Shown: positions 1-13,352 of the stretch, in pieces
Position numbering within the stretch: the stretch's first letter is position 1
How the letters are laid out: every line of letters begins with the position of its first letter
Assembly (NCBI GenBank): GCA_051530055.1
Contig: CM121341.1
Coordinates: 9,402,784-9,466,783, forward strand
Direction: 5' to 3'
Length of the DNA: 64,000 nucleotides
Origin: Neoechinorhynchus agilis
Taxonomy: Eukaryota; Animalia; Acanthocephala
Position numbers and translations under genes: made by a program
The notes under the pieces: generated by a model
Told to the model about the DNA's origin: nothing
Seen by the model: the letters and a program-made list of their open reading frames with translations, nothing else
Database searches by the model: none

Positions 1-480
1 ATCGCGCAGTACAACGGAGGGATCACCTCCGAGCGCAGCGTCATCCAAGTACCAAGCGTTGAAGCTGGAATGGAGAGAATACGCTATTGGATTTCCTGTT
101 AGGGAGAATGCGATTGGACCGAGGGGATCTCCTTGCTGTACTCCTCTTTCGGACCAATTGAGATGGTCTTCGAAAAGCAAAGGAGTCGCCGCGCGGAACA
201 TGCTTTCTCCATTGAGAGAGTTAAAGGCGTTCCGAAAATCACACCTAAGAATCACGCACGGCTCTGAGCTTCTCGTAGCAAAGTTTCGGAGCGAGTGGAC
301 AATAGCTTCCGCCCCGCAGGATGTGCAGCAGCCCAGTTAGACTGGGCGAAGTTACTGCCGTCTTTTGCAGAGCGCACTTCCTAGAGAGAGCTGTTTCACC
401 AGTTGAAAAGGACATCATGTCCTTTAGGTGCTGAGGCCTTAGTCCGCCAAGCCCGTGACCCGAACCATTTGCAAAAGTTG
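1..480 (-). mobile_element. CRE-clade non-LTR retrotransposon RT fragment, runs off the window edge
   Basis: The minus strand encodes GVQQGDPLGP and AWYLDD RT motifs. It is homologous to the copy at 59.3-60.1 kb but with an internal deletion. Confidence 0.85.
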
Positions 481-1258
481 AGATTATTCGATTTTCCCTT
501 GAAATTTTCTTTTACTGTGTGATTCCCAAAGACTTGGTCTATTTTTCGTCGACGTTTACGAAGATAGAAAACTACGGCGTGTACGGAAACCGCCATCAGC
601 TTGAACAAATAGAGCATCTGTGTTCTTAATCATCTAAAGAAAATCCTTTTGGATAATAACGTTCAAAAAAAGATGTGATGATCAGTAATCCTCGAATCGC
701 GAATAGTTTTCTGGTTTATTTTAATCAAAATAAATTCATTTAATATACGTTCAAATCACCGATTAATCGTTCCAGCCGGTTATTAGGACAAAAAGCGATC
801 GTTTTCCGGTGTGGCCCTATTAGTCTCGGAATCGATTTTAATTCAATACACGAATTGGTCTCATTAGAAAAATGAATTATCGCTTAGTCGTCGATTGATG
901 AAGAGAATTCGCTTGGTACCAGTGGCGCTGTTCGGGTTCGTACGGCACGGAATCCGCGAGGAGATTCCGAGTATCACCGCTCTTCGATCTACTTTGCCCT
1001 ATGAAGTGAGGATCATAGAGCCGAGCGCTTCGACGTTCACATTGCGAAATTCACCAACGAGAATCACGGAAGCGCAGTTAGAACTTTAGTCGGGCATTTT
1101 CGATCGGTGTTTAAAATATGAATTCGATCGAAGAATAAATAAAGATTTAAAAGCAAAGAATTTCTTACTCGAAAATGCCGATTATTTCTAAACGCTACAG
1201 TAAAATATTAGTCGAGATCGCAAATCTCGAAAACTGAAAAGAACTACCTTTCTTCATC

Positions 1259-2063
1259 AAAGAGAGTTTCCTCTTCCCTTCAACGAGGTATTTCGTCCCC
1301 TTTTTCTTTGTGAGCCATCTTCGATCGTGGATTTTGAACCTTTTGACTCACTTAAACAGGGATTAAGGCCAAAAGTCCACTTGACCACTCCTTGGGGGTA
1401 AGCGTTGATTTTCTTTAATGGTTTACGGACGAGCCGGTGTTTTTTATGGAAAATTTCTTACTTGGCTTATTTCGAACATTTTGGACACCCAACCAACCGA
1501 TCTTTTACATCGTAGAAGCGCATAAAATCACTTTGACTCTCAAAAACTTACGGTTATGAGTTTTGTACGAATCTGTTCGGATCCTCCCGAGAAAGAGAGT
1601 TCCCCTTCCCTTCAACGAGGTATTTCGTCCCCTTTTTCTTTGTGAGCCATCTTCGATCGTGGATTTTGAACCTTTTGACTCACTTAAACAGGGATTAAGG
1701 CCAAAAGTCCACTTGACCACTCCTTGGTGGTAAGCGTTGATTTTCTTTAATGGTTTACGGACGAGCCGGTGTTTTTTATGGAAAATTTCTTACTTGGCTT
1801 ATTTCGAACATTTTGGACACCCAACCAACCGATCTTTTACATCGTAGAAGCGCATAAAATCACTTTGACTCTCAAAAACTTACGGTTATGAGTTTTGTAC
1901 GAATCTGTTCGGATCCTCCCGAGAAAGAGAGTTCCCCTTCCCTTCAACGAGGTATTTCGTCCCCTTTTTCTTTGTGAGCCATCTTCGATCGTGGATTTTG
2001 AACCTTTTGACTCACTTAAACAGGGATTAAGGCCAAAAGTCCACTTGACCACTCCTTGGTGGT
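1259..2063 (-). mobile_element. tRNA-derived SINE-like element in a head-to-tail array (332-bp unit, about 2.4 copies)
   Basis: Near-identical units at 1400-1731 and 1732-2063, plus a partial unit at 1259-1399. On the minus strand each starts with an A-box-like TGGTCAAGTGG and a B-box-like GGTTCAAAATCC. Dispersed relatives lie at 17.6 kb and 61.2 kb. Confidence 0.7.
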
Positions 2064-2522
2064 ATGGAAAATTTATTGGCTTTAATCGATATCTCACATC
2101 AAGGAATTGATTGAATAACTCAATACTCTGAACCATAGGGAATCTTAGAATATAGCATCGACTTTTGACGGGCATAGGATTCTTGCGCAATGACTTGTTG
2201 ATGGTACGTCAAATTGCGCTGAGAATTGTGGTCTACTAGCGATTCCGGTTAGTACCGAAACTTTTCCGTCTTGAGTTTTGGTTTCAAACCGGCCTTATTT
2301 TATTTTTTCCTTGTGTAAAATTAGTTTTTTTCTATTTTAGTACCAAGGAGTTCGTATGTTCGATATTCTACAAAAAAATGAGTGAATTGTTCTAAATTTG
2401 ATTTAACTAAAACTTTAATCACAATATTGATTATTTTTACGATTTTACAAGTTCATTTTAATCAGTGTCTCTCTTTTTTTGTTAACGTTCAATTTCATGC
2501 AGCATTGCATTCGCGTGGAAAG

Positions 2523-2687
2523 ATATTCTTGTTGAGCTTTTCAAACCCCGAGAAATATGTTATTTAATATTCCGTGGACAAAATCCACCTCTTGAGATAT
2601 CCACAAAAATCGGTTATTTTATGAATTACCATAGATTCGTTGAATTTTTCCACGAAATATTGGGTTTGAACCGCTCAACAAGAATAT
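2523..2687. mobile_element. MITE-like foldback element
   Basis: About 26-bp terminal inverted repeats (ATATTCTTGTTGAGC..TTCAAACCC / GGGTTTGAA..GCTCAACAAGAATAT) plus an inner 13-bp inverted repeat; non-coding. Confidence 0.55.
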
Positions 2688-3206
2688 AATCGAATACAAT
2701 TTCAATTTTCTTGAAAATAATTTTTATGCGAAATCTTCTAATTTTTTAGTGCACTTGTAACTTCAAAACTAAATTTCGAATAAGGCTTTCTTCACCTCAG
2801 ACGACTATTGGTTACGACTGTGTCCTAAATTTGTTATGAGACACCGATTTGTTAAAGTTCGATTTATCGGCATAATCTATTTACAGATTTTTTGTGCTTC
2901 TTGAAAAAACAAGACCCTTTCTTTATACTAATAAATTATTCTGTTAATTAGAGATAGAGGAAAAGCTTTGAGATTAATCTCTAAAAAACTTTTTTAGATA
3001 ATGTCATTTTTAAAGGAAATGTAATTTTTTTGTAAAAAATCACGTTAATTTTGACTCGTTGAGTTCATAACTAAATTTTGATGCACAAACGAAATTGAGT
3101 CATTCCATTTTGGTTGTAGGGAAAAGCCCTCGAGTTACACAATTCGCGTTTCCTTAAGCCGACACATTAGATCGCGATAAGATAATTTTTTTATGATACC
3201 CCTCGG

Positions 3207-5572
3207 AATTTGAGTACAAACGTTACTTTTGCGGTTTTTTGAACTTTCAAAATGCTCAGTAATCCGATTTAGAACAATTGGAGTTTTCTTTTAGGAATTG
3301 AGAAGTGAAAAAGGTCGCCAAATTGTGAATTTTTTATTGGTTTCATTCAGGTTTCACCTTCACTCGCTTAATTGTCGCAATTCGACTACAAACGCAATTT
3401 TTGCGGGTTTTTTGGACTTTCAAAATGCTTAGTAATCTGATTTAGAACAATTGGAGTTTTCTTTTAGGAATTTGAGAAGTGACAAAGGTAGCCAAATTGT
3501 GAATTTTTTATTGGTTTCATTCAGGTTTCACCTTCATTCGCTTAATTGTCGCAATTCGACTACAAACGCAATTTTTGCGGGTTTTTTGGACTTTCAAAAT
3601 GCTTAGTAATCCGATTTAGAACAATTGGAGTTTTCTTTTAGGAATTTGAGAAGTGAAAAAGGTCGCCAAATTGTGAATTTTTTATTGGTTTCATTCAGGT
3701 TTCACCTTCACTCGCTTAATTGTCGCAATTCGACTACAAACGCAATTTTTGCGGGTTTTTTGGACTTTCAAAATGCTTAGTAATCCGATTTAGAACAATT
3801 GGAGTTTTCTTTTAGGAATTTGAGAAGTGAAAAAGGTCGCCAAATTGTGAATTTTTTATTGGTTTCATTCAGGTTTCACCTTCATTCGCTTAATTGTCGC
3901 AATTCGACTACAAACGCAACTTTTGCGGGTTTTTTGGACTTTCAAAATGCTCAGTAATCCGATTTAGAACAATTTGAGTATTCTTTTATGAATTCGATGA
4001 CAAAGGTGCCAAATTGTGAATTTTTTATTGGTTTCATTCAGGTTTCACCTTCATTCGCTTAATTGTCGCAATTCGACTACAAACGCAACTTTTGCGGTTT
4101 TTTGAACTTTCAAAATTCTTAGTAATCTGATTTAGAACAATTTGAGTTTTCTTTTAAGAATTGAGAAGTGACAAAGGTAGCCAAATTGTGAATTTTTATT
4201 GGTTTCATTCAGGTTTCACCTTCACTCGCTTAATTGTCGCAATTCGACTACAAACGCAATTTTTGCGGTTTTTTGGACTTTCAAAATGCTCAGTAATCCG
4301 ATTTAGAACAATTGGAGTTTTCTTTTAGGAATTTGAGAAGTGAAAAAGGTCGCCAAATTGTGAATTTTTTATTGGTTTCATTCAGGTTTCACCTTCACTC
4401 GCTTAATTGTCGCAATTCGACTACAAACGCAATTTTTGCGGGTTTTTTGGACTTTCAAAATGCTCAGTAATCCGATTTAGAACAATTTGAGTTTTCTTTT
4501 AGGAATTTGAGAAGTGAAAAAGGTCGCCAAATTGTGAATTTTTTATTGGTTTCATTCAGGTTTCATCTTCACTCGCTTAATTGTCGCAATTCGACTACAA
4601 ACGTAACTTTTACGCTTTCTTTGGACTAACAAAATGCTCAGTAATCCGATTTAGAACAATTGGAGTTTTCTTTTAGGAATTTGAGAAGTGAAAAAGGTCG
4701 CCAAATTGTGAATTTTTTATTGGTTTCATTCAGGTTTCATCTTCACTCGCTTAATTGTCGCAATTCGACTACATACGTAACTTTTACGCTTTCTTTGGAC
4801 TAACAAAATGCTCAGTAATCCGATTTAGAACAATTGGAGTTTTCTTTTAGGAATTTGAGAAGTGAAAAAGGTCGCCAAATTGTGAATTTTTTATTGGTTT
4901 CATTCAGGTTTCACCTTCACTCGCTTAATTGTCGCAATTCGACTACATACGTAACTTTTGCGGGTTTTTTGGACTTTCAAAATGCTCAGTAATCCGATTT
5001 AGAACAATTTGAATTTTTATTAAGAATTGTGGAGTGACAAAGGTAGCCAATTCGTTAATTTTTTATTGGTTCCTTTAAGGTTTCATCTTCATTCGCTTAA
5101 TTGTCGCAATTCGACTACAAACGCAACTTTTGCGGATTTTTAGACTTTCAAAATTCTTAGTAATCTGATTTAGAACCATTTGAGTTTTCTTTTAAGAATT
5201 CAGAAGTGACAAAGGTAGCCAATTCGTTAATTTTTTATTGGTTCCTTTAAGGTTTCACCTTCATTCGCTTAATTGTCGCAATTTGAGTACAAACGCAACT
5301 TTTGCGGGTTTTTGGACTTTCAAAATGCTCAGTAATCCGATTTAGAACAATTGGAGTTTTCTTTTAGGAATTTGAGAAGTGACAAAGGTAGCCAAATTGT
5401 GAATTTTTTATTGGTTTCATTCAGGTTTCACCTTCATTCGCTTAATTGTCGCAATTTGAGTACAAACGCAACTTTTGCGCTTTCTTTGCACTTTCAAAAG
5501 TCTCGCTAATCCGATTTAGAACAATTGGAGTTTTGTTTTAAGAATTTTGAACTGGCAAAGGTCGCCAATTCA
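3207..5572. repeat. Satellite array, about 174-bp monomer, about 14 copies
   Basis: The landmark AATC(C/T)GATTTAGAAC recurs 14 times, and AACGCA landmarks at 3391, 3565 and 3739 are 174 bp apart. Variant blocks are shared by adjacent monomers. Confidence 0.95.
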
Positions 5573-8500
5573 TGTTTTAGAGACCTTTCCAGTTCTTTTT
5601 AGTTCCATCCTATTCGATAATTTGTCTGGCTCCTACTATCCTCCCACATCAGGAAATGTCTGGATGTTAATAGATTATCTTTTTTGCTCCTTTCGTCTAA
5701 TCCGCTCTGCTTCTTTACACAATATTTCGTCGCTTTCAATTGTTATCGTCCCCTTTTTTGCTCTATATATTCCATACACCACCGCGCCTGCAGGAATCAT
5801 CTCTTATCCGAAAATGCAAACAACTTTTATCCATTTTCGGACAGATTGAATGAAAGCGCTCCACTTCGTTTGATACCCCTCATGTTTATGATAACCATTT
5901 TTGTTCTTGGTGTTGCGAGTTTTGTGAGTGCACTTTAGGGTTTTTCTGCGAACTCGACGCGCAATATAGCATTTGGTTCGGAGATTAGTTAACCTTGAAG
6001 CTTTGTTTATACCCAGATTGACTGCAAAGAAACTCTCATAACCACATTTATCACAGGGACGTGTTTAAGTTTTAAATGACTTCGCACTCTGCGAAATGTC
6101 AACCAGTAGGAGGTTGAAGTTTGCATGAGAAATTAGGACCACGTAGGTTTTAACGTTTGCTTTTATTTTGGTTTAATTTTCAATACGGCCTTTCGATGGA
6201 ACTTTCGAAATCGTCTAATAATGATCGAATTGAGCGCCATTCGATCGAAATTTAAAGGAAATTTTCGCTATTAAAATTTTATTCAGACACCCAACAACCG
6301 AACTCTATAATTAACTAATTCAAAGTGTCAATTTTAATCCTCAATGCGTTTGAGACTTGTAATATTAAATCCATTGTTGTAACGGTGACACTAAAATTAT
6401 TTCTCTCATTATAATATCAGAAGTAGAGCTGCCAATCTCGATTTTTCACATATTCTTTTTAATCTATTTAGTAAGTATCATCATAATGGACAATTAATCA
6501 ACATTTATCTCAAGTTTTTAACAATGAATGAAGCGTAAGCATAGGTTGTACCGATGAGAGTTTGCTGTTTTCGTTGTTTTTCAATGGATCCGTTTTCTTT
6601 GGTACCTGAATATGCAGATTTTCGCTCAATCACGTTCGGTCATTCATCGTTAATTCTAATTAAAGTCTCCTCGTATTCCAAATAAAACAATAACTGAATG
6701 ACCTATGGAGAAGATCTTATCAATGTTTGCAAATACTTATGCCTGTCTCTCATCTTAATCATTTGGCAATGACTATCGCTTCTACATTGGTCATATTTAT
6801 GCTTTCTTTGTCATTAATCTTTTTGTTATATCTGATAGAGTAGCCAAATAATAATTTCATATTTAGAACATATTGTTTGCTATTAACTGCAAGTTGATAT
6901 GCTGCATCTACACACCTCTTCTTTGACTCTTCATTTTATTTTCAAAAGGAATTCCTTATTCCAATGAAAGGAAATGATCAGTAGAGTTTTTAAAAACTAT
7001 TGCCCGTGATTTAGTTTAAGTGTATTTGTGCAAAAATGAATGTTTAATGCGATTGGCACCGCGGACTATTAATGCGCTCATTCTAATGAATGGTATAAAG
7101 TTCTTAATAGTTTCTTTTAACTAGAGAATTCCCCGTTTCTCGTCCATAAATTGTTTAATCAGTTTACGTTCAGCACAGTTGACTTTTACTTTCACCCTAG
7201 TTTTTTCTGGCGGAAAATGACTTTGCAGTTTCGGCTTATTCGTTATGGAAGCTATCACAACCGGGAAATAACCACCGATCCATGAAATCAACGGATCCAT
7301 CAGCTCGGTTTATCTTAGCTTTATGATGTGGGTAATATTAAAACTACGATCCTTCCTTAATGAAGAAGTTATTTTATATGAAAGTAAAAATTGTTCGTAT
7401 TTTACCAATCATAATAGCTCCATCTCACTGTTTCTTTGACTTTTTCTGCAATATTGGTTGCTAAAAAACATTAAAGTACTGGCTCTATACAATATATATA
7501 AAGAAATTATTGATATATACTTGCTTTGTGGAATTTTACCGTCTTTTCGATAGACTAACAACTATCTTTTGACGATCAAATTAATTCGGCCAGTCATGCA
7601 CCGAGCGGCATTTTTGAGAGAGCATTTTATTAGTCCCCGCGTGAACTTAAAATCGAATTATGATTTAAATCCTTTTATTAGGAAAAAAATCGAAATTCAT
7701 GTATAATGGATATATTTTCTATGTTTTATTTTGTGATTGAAAACCCAAACGATTGAAAATTTTCCTAGTTTTTCCTAAACAATCTTGTATTTATTTTGTC
7801 GCAAAAATGCTGTATATAAGATAAGTAACCAGCAAACTTTTGTCCGACTTTTTTTAGCAGTCAAAAGGCGATTGGAACTACATGTGAGTATCAAATCTTT
7901 ACGATTTTTGTCGTCCTGTTTAATAAGTCTTTTCAAATACTTTGCTCTTAGTTGCTATTAATTCGCATTATTTGAAACACATTATTAATTTCTAACAACC
8001 CATTGAATTTTCTTCTCTTTTGAACCAAATTTACTTTTGGTTTCTGGCACTTTGATAAATTGCCATGTTTTAATTTGATGATTTAGAAATTCCTTGGAGA
8101 ATAGAAAGATAACAAACATGGATTGTAAGCTTTTTTAAGATAATCTTTGTGCTTAAAATAAAGCGCCATTAATTGATCGTAGATTTTCTTATCGGCTGAA
8201 TTTGATTTTTGTTTGAGAATCCCATGACTGTACTACACTTATGAGTTTATACTTCCCTCCGGATTCTCACTTACCTTCTGAGGAAGAGGCGTCGGAACTG
8301 ATCTTAGATTTCACCCTTAAAACTCATAAACTGTTTAAATGACTTTAACAATTTTAAACTTAGATTCATCTGTATATTTCCATTCGTTTTTCCAGGAAAT
8401 TTCCTTTGACCTGCTCTTACCCTCGTGCACTCAATCTAATCATCCAGCATTCCTTGCATTAGTGCTTTTCCTCGATCTTTATCTCTCACAGCAACCGACT

Positions 8501-11299
8501 TCCTACCAAATTTAAAATGGCGGAAAATGGGCACAGCGAATGGTCGTCCAATGTAGTCTCTCAATAAAGTATTTACCACAGTATTCTGCACCGCTGTTGC
8601 CGCTGGTGGAATTATGCTGGCGCCGAGACGATTGCACTTTCACAGAGTGAAGGCACAAAGACGTGTCTCGTCTTGTACTGCACAACCAAACAAGGAGCAT
8701 TGGTAGTAAAGGGCGAGACTTTTGTTCAAACTTAGTTCTTTACACCGCTGGGACTTTGAAATCCCAATACATTGCCAATCAGATTCCCAGGTGAAATAAG
8801 ATTCTCGAAGAAAAAACATGTCGCGTCTACAAAGGCACCCAGAATAACTATTTGCCCCAGGCGATCACACTTCCTTCCACACTTCAGCCGCAAAAATCGA
8901 ATCTGAAACATTTAAATGAGGAAGCGTAGCGGGGAATCAGAAATTCGTTTCTCTTAACATCAAGGAATTCCAGCATATACATTTTACCGAGAAGCAGACT
9001 GATAAGATTATCACTTGAGCATGCCAGAATTTATGATGTTCATAATTGTCCGGAGGGAACACTTTATCTTTTATAAACGGTAGGAGAAAGCTCAATGAAC
9101 ACGGAGTCGCTCATCTACGTTATGTTCACATTAGCAAACACCTCCAAAATCTACTGAGATTTTTAGTAGTTTAATTGTGATCAGTAAGTTTGTAGAAGTC
9201 TTGGCAGAAATTAGGTGAGATCGAAACAGAAATGGATTGCATTCGGATAATTTTCTCATCTGCCAACGCATTAATTCGCAAACTTTGCAATTCTGGTTTT
9301 CTAATGACTTCTTAGTTATCCTAATCCACTTATTTTTTCAACTTGCACAAACCTTTTTAAGCCACGATTAATATGTAAGATTTTCAGTATCTATTCTTAT
9401 ACCGTTCAAATTTTTTAGTTCTGAGTTAATTATATGAGTATTGATGAACTTAATGTTGCATTTTCTGTCAAAAACTCATTGCTAACTAAAGTTAATGCAA
9501 TTAAATTTTTCGTCTAAAAGTCAGTGGCTAAATCGATCATCATTTAACATGAGGATTATAACAAAGCTTTTCTAATTTAAAACGGTAAATATACTCCGTT
9601 GTAATTGTTTAATCTTCATCCTTTTTCTATATATTCTTTATTCACAACGACTAAATCCCACAAAAATGATGCCAATTGAACTTAACTTGAAAGTAAATAC
9701 TTCATTAATGATCATAAACTTTTTTCGGTACCACTTCATTGCTTCTTAATGTTAAGAGTTTACAATTTATCCGTAGAAATGTCAGTGAAACCATTTCCCA
9801 CTTCATCGAGTCTAAATAGCTTTCAAACAATATGATTACTTCTGATTACCCGGTAACGAAAAGCAGAATATGGATCGGAAACATCAAGTGTCGCCTTTTT
9901 TGACTTTCATTGTCTTCTAACGGGTTTTCTTTGCAGAACTTAACTACTAAAACAGAGATACTCTGGTATAAACAGATAAGATTTCTTCATTGATAGGATT
10001 TTCTGAGTTGGTTTAGCCGCTTCTAGAGAGATGTAAACCACCAAAAATAGCTCGTAGATCCCATTTAAGTGTACTTCGGCTTTTCAAACTTTTAAAATTA
10101 TTTAGAAACAGAACGGGAGAACTCATTTTTACGGTGAATACTCATTAGGCGTCGTGATTTCGATCTTCAATGCGATCCACCTCATCGTCTCGAACATAGC
10201 ACGCCACTTAAATTGCTTTCCAGTGTACCCTTTTAGTTTGTCTGTCTCTACTAATGAAATTTGTGACCACTATGTCGCCGGATGTGCTCCTATTCTTGCC
10301 ATTTCTGAAGTTTTAGGAATCTCCACAATCAATCTTTGCAACCCTTGTAATAAATGTCATTCCGCTTTAAACTCTTCGTCAGATATTATTCAGTAAATTC
10401 TTTTTTTTAATTGTTAATTTTATTAGCAACAATAGATTTGTTGAAACGTTTGCTCTTGTGGGATTACTACACGCATTTTTAAAGAAACTTTTCTTACAAT
10501 CTCAGTAGAGCTCTTCGCATTTGGTGACTTTGCTGGCACTAAATCAACAATATACTCTTTAAAAAAACAAAATTTATCGAGACTTCGGCAGCTTTATCAC
10601 TCTCTTGCCGTCTTAATTACCCTTGACAATGTTGGCATTTTTCTGTGAAATATCGGCAATTATATAGATGTCAGTGCCGCTTATGTTGAATAATTAGGAA
10701 TGATAAAACGCATTGCTTAGTACTATTTTTTGCTTGGATAAGAGAAGCATGTGGATCTTCACACTTATCAAAGTTTTCTTCATTTTTAAACCACTTTTCC
10801 TTTGGGTGACATTTTAGATAAAATGGTCTTTTTTGCAGCCAAAAATCCTGATTTTGAATCGCATAATCCGGAAAACTCATTGTTTTTGTCTTTTAGGTTG
10901 CGATTGATGGATTTTGCGCCTCATTTACACATTAGGATTCGCACTAAAAGTTTTGCTTGCTTCAAGATCACTGAGAAAACAATACGCATCTGATTTTAAG
11001 CTATTCGTATTCTCCACATTTACTTGGTAGATTTTGTTGAGATAACAAAAAGAAACAACACGCCACCTCTCTGTAGACCACTCAAATGGTCCAAGTGGAC
11101 ACCCTCCTCGTTAAGATTTTTCTCAAAAATATTGCGAGTTCATCAATGTTTTGTTTGAAAACTCTCTGTTGATTGGAACCAAATAACGTCAATGTGATAG
11201 GATTGAAAGTCATTTTAGTATTTCAGTTGTAGGCTAGATTAAAGATCGAGGATGGATGTTAAGGTAAAAAAATTAAATTTCCTATTTCTACTGTTTCAG

Positions 11300-12504
11300 A
11301 TGGGTTGCACTGGGTCTAAGACCAAAGATGAAGACACCCACCCATACTCTGATAAGGTTCCGTTGACTACTACAAACATCTCAAATGCGGTGGACACTGA
11401 TCAGAATTTCCATGATGACAAACGATTTGAGAATGTGCCATACATTGATGCAGCTGGCACTCCGGCTACAACAGTGAAGCCATCTCCTTATGGATGCGGC
11501 GAAAAAGTTAAGATCGAGCGACTGAGCGACGCTGAATGCGTGGTGACGACCTCATATCAGAATCAGCGAGTTTTTAACAATGAACAAACTCTTAGTAGGC
11601 TTAAGGAAGAAGCGTACGACGTCGTAAAGAAGAAGATGTCTGAGAAGGACGACGAATGGGAAGTCCTTCGGCATATTCAGGCATCGTCCGCGAGCAATGG
11701 AACACATGAGGCGAATTGCGTTCAAAGTGCAAATCAAGAATGTTCATGTTTCGACAGATCACTAATGCTTAGACTCATTGAAGTTATTAGGAATGGCGAA
11801 GGAGAAGTGGGTTCTGGCATAAAGAACCTCGATGACTTGTGTAAGTTTGTAGGAAAATCAAATGGAGATATTGACGGAAAGTTTGATATTCGCTTGGAGA
11901 AGTGCATTGCGTTTTTACTAGAGTACGCACAGTCTCAGTCGGACCGGGGAAGTTTTTTAAGAGCTATTGGCAGTCGCTTAAGTGCCGGTGAGAATGATAA
12001 TTTGACGGGATTAGACGGTCGTCCTGGGAGGTTGGGTTCACATATTACCGGGACGAACGCAGATCAGGGCTTTTAAATCGAACCTCTGGAAACGATGGAA
12101 TCACAGTCCATTGCCGCGAAGATGAGAATGTGGAAGTTATGGTTAAGAAGACTGTCATAAGAAAAGATACTGATAATGGTTATATAAAGGAATATCTTGC
12201 AAGTCGAGGTCTAGAGTACAGTGAGGATATTGTGAACGCTCAAGAAATTCTTATTGAGACGGAGCCTCCAGCTGAGATCGATAACGAATTAAAGAAGCGG
12301 GCTGAGATGTTGATGCGTCTGGCGGATTCCGTAAATAGCGCAGACGATGGAAAAGTGGAAGATGGTAATGCCGGGAGTTCACCAGATCATTCTGCGTCCG
12401 GACAGTTACGCGATTCCAGTGATAAACGATCAGCCACAAGTGCTGAGACCGTTCTCAGTGAAGTGGTCAACGAGCTTACCGAGGCTATAATTAAAGATTT
12501 TTGA
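11300..12504 (+). CDS. Orphan protein with N-terminal MGCTGS dual-acylation motif; two overlapping frames (11300-12076 and about 12001-12504), probably one gene
   Basis: The ATG at 11300 directly follows a pyrimidine-rich TTTCAG acceptor (36-nt GT-AG intron at 11264-11299). MGCxxS is a myristoylation/palmitoylation consensus. The second frame is open from 12001. The junction (intron or indel) is unresolved. Confidence 0.6.
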
Positions 12505-13060
12505 ACAAAGAAAAGAGTCCGAAGGCACCAGTGAGTTTGTGTAGAGTTGATTCCGGTGGTGGTTCGTGATGCACGAGTTATATGCTAATAATAAAGAGTT
12601 TTTGCCAATGGCGAAAATCCTTCTTTAGTTTGCCGAGAAATGATTGTCATAAAATGATTGAAAGTCTCGTTGAATAGAATTCTGAAATAAGTCTAACGAC
12701 GAATAGACGACTCTTAAAACATTCGAATTGTTCTCATTAATTTTCAAAAACGTCCCATCAGAAATGCGAATGATCCCAAAGAGGCTGATTTTGTCTGTTA
12801 GTTTTATTTTTTCCTAGTAAATTGAATGATGTAGATGCATACTAAGAAATTCTTTGTTTTTAATTCACTCAATTAGTTTAAACCTCTTGTCACTTTGTGT
12901 GTTTGTCAGATATAGCCAAATTGGTAAATATGAAAAGACGTATTGGCTTTCCTAAGGCTTTTTCTCCTTAAAAATGATACCAAACGAGATCTTTTGTGTG
13001 TGTGTGTTTGCACAGTGCGAATTATATTAGCACTTTGAAATGCTGCGTAGAAAAACCAAT

Positions 13061-13352
13061 CATAGAAGTGAGTATAATTGAAAGGAAACTTGCGTATTTC
13101 TCTTATTTCCAAGTGAAGGAATTTTGGATTTCAATTCCTAGTGCTTCACAGATATTCATCCGTCACACATGAAGATTTTTTGTCTTAAATACAAGTCCTT
13201 TAACCTCATAGAAGTGAGTATAATTGAAAGGAAACTTGCGTATTTCTCTTATTTCCAAGTAAAGGAATTTTGGATTTCAATTCCTAGTGCTTCACAGATA
13301 TTCATCCGCCACACATGAAGATTTTTTGTCTTAAATACAAGTCCTTTAACCT
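13061..13352. repeat. Tandem duplication, 2 x 146 bp
   Basis: The unit CATAGAAGTGAG...CCTTTAACCT starts at 13061 and again at 13207, with about 2 differences. Confidence 0.95.

Noticed and set aside
1720-1745. TAAGCGTTGAT matching part of a pistol ribozyme
   Set aside because: The flanking stems and pseudoknot are absent.
1505-2190. ORFs 1505-1720, 1837-2190 and 1895-2110
   Set aside because: They are by-products of the non-coding 332-bp repeat; most other short ORFs in the track are likewise antisense shadows of TE or host genes.
3381-3397. CENP-B-box-like TTCGACTACAAACGCA in the satellite monomer
   Set aside because: The spacing is off by one base and the CGGG core is missing; a chance match is likely.
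3207-5572. CRISPR-like array
   Set aside because: Whole monomers repeat with no unique spacers, there are no cas genes, and the DNA is eukaryotic.
8512-8720. YLPQYSAPLLPLVELCW resembling a Tc1/IS630 transposase motif
   Set aside because: A single weak motif with no DDE context and no terminal inverted repeats.
10100-10400. Resemblance to a hAT dimerisation domain on the minus strand
   Set aside because: The key ERxFS motif is absent; kept only as unassigned decayed sequence.
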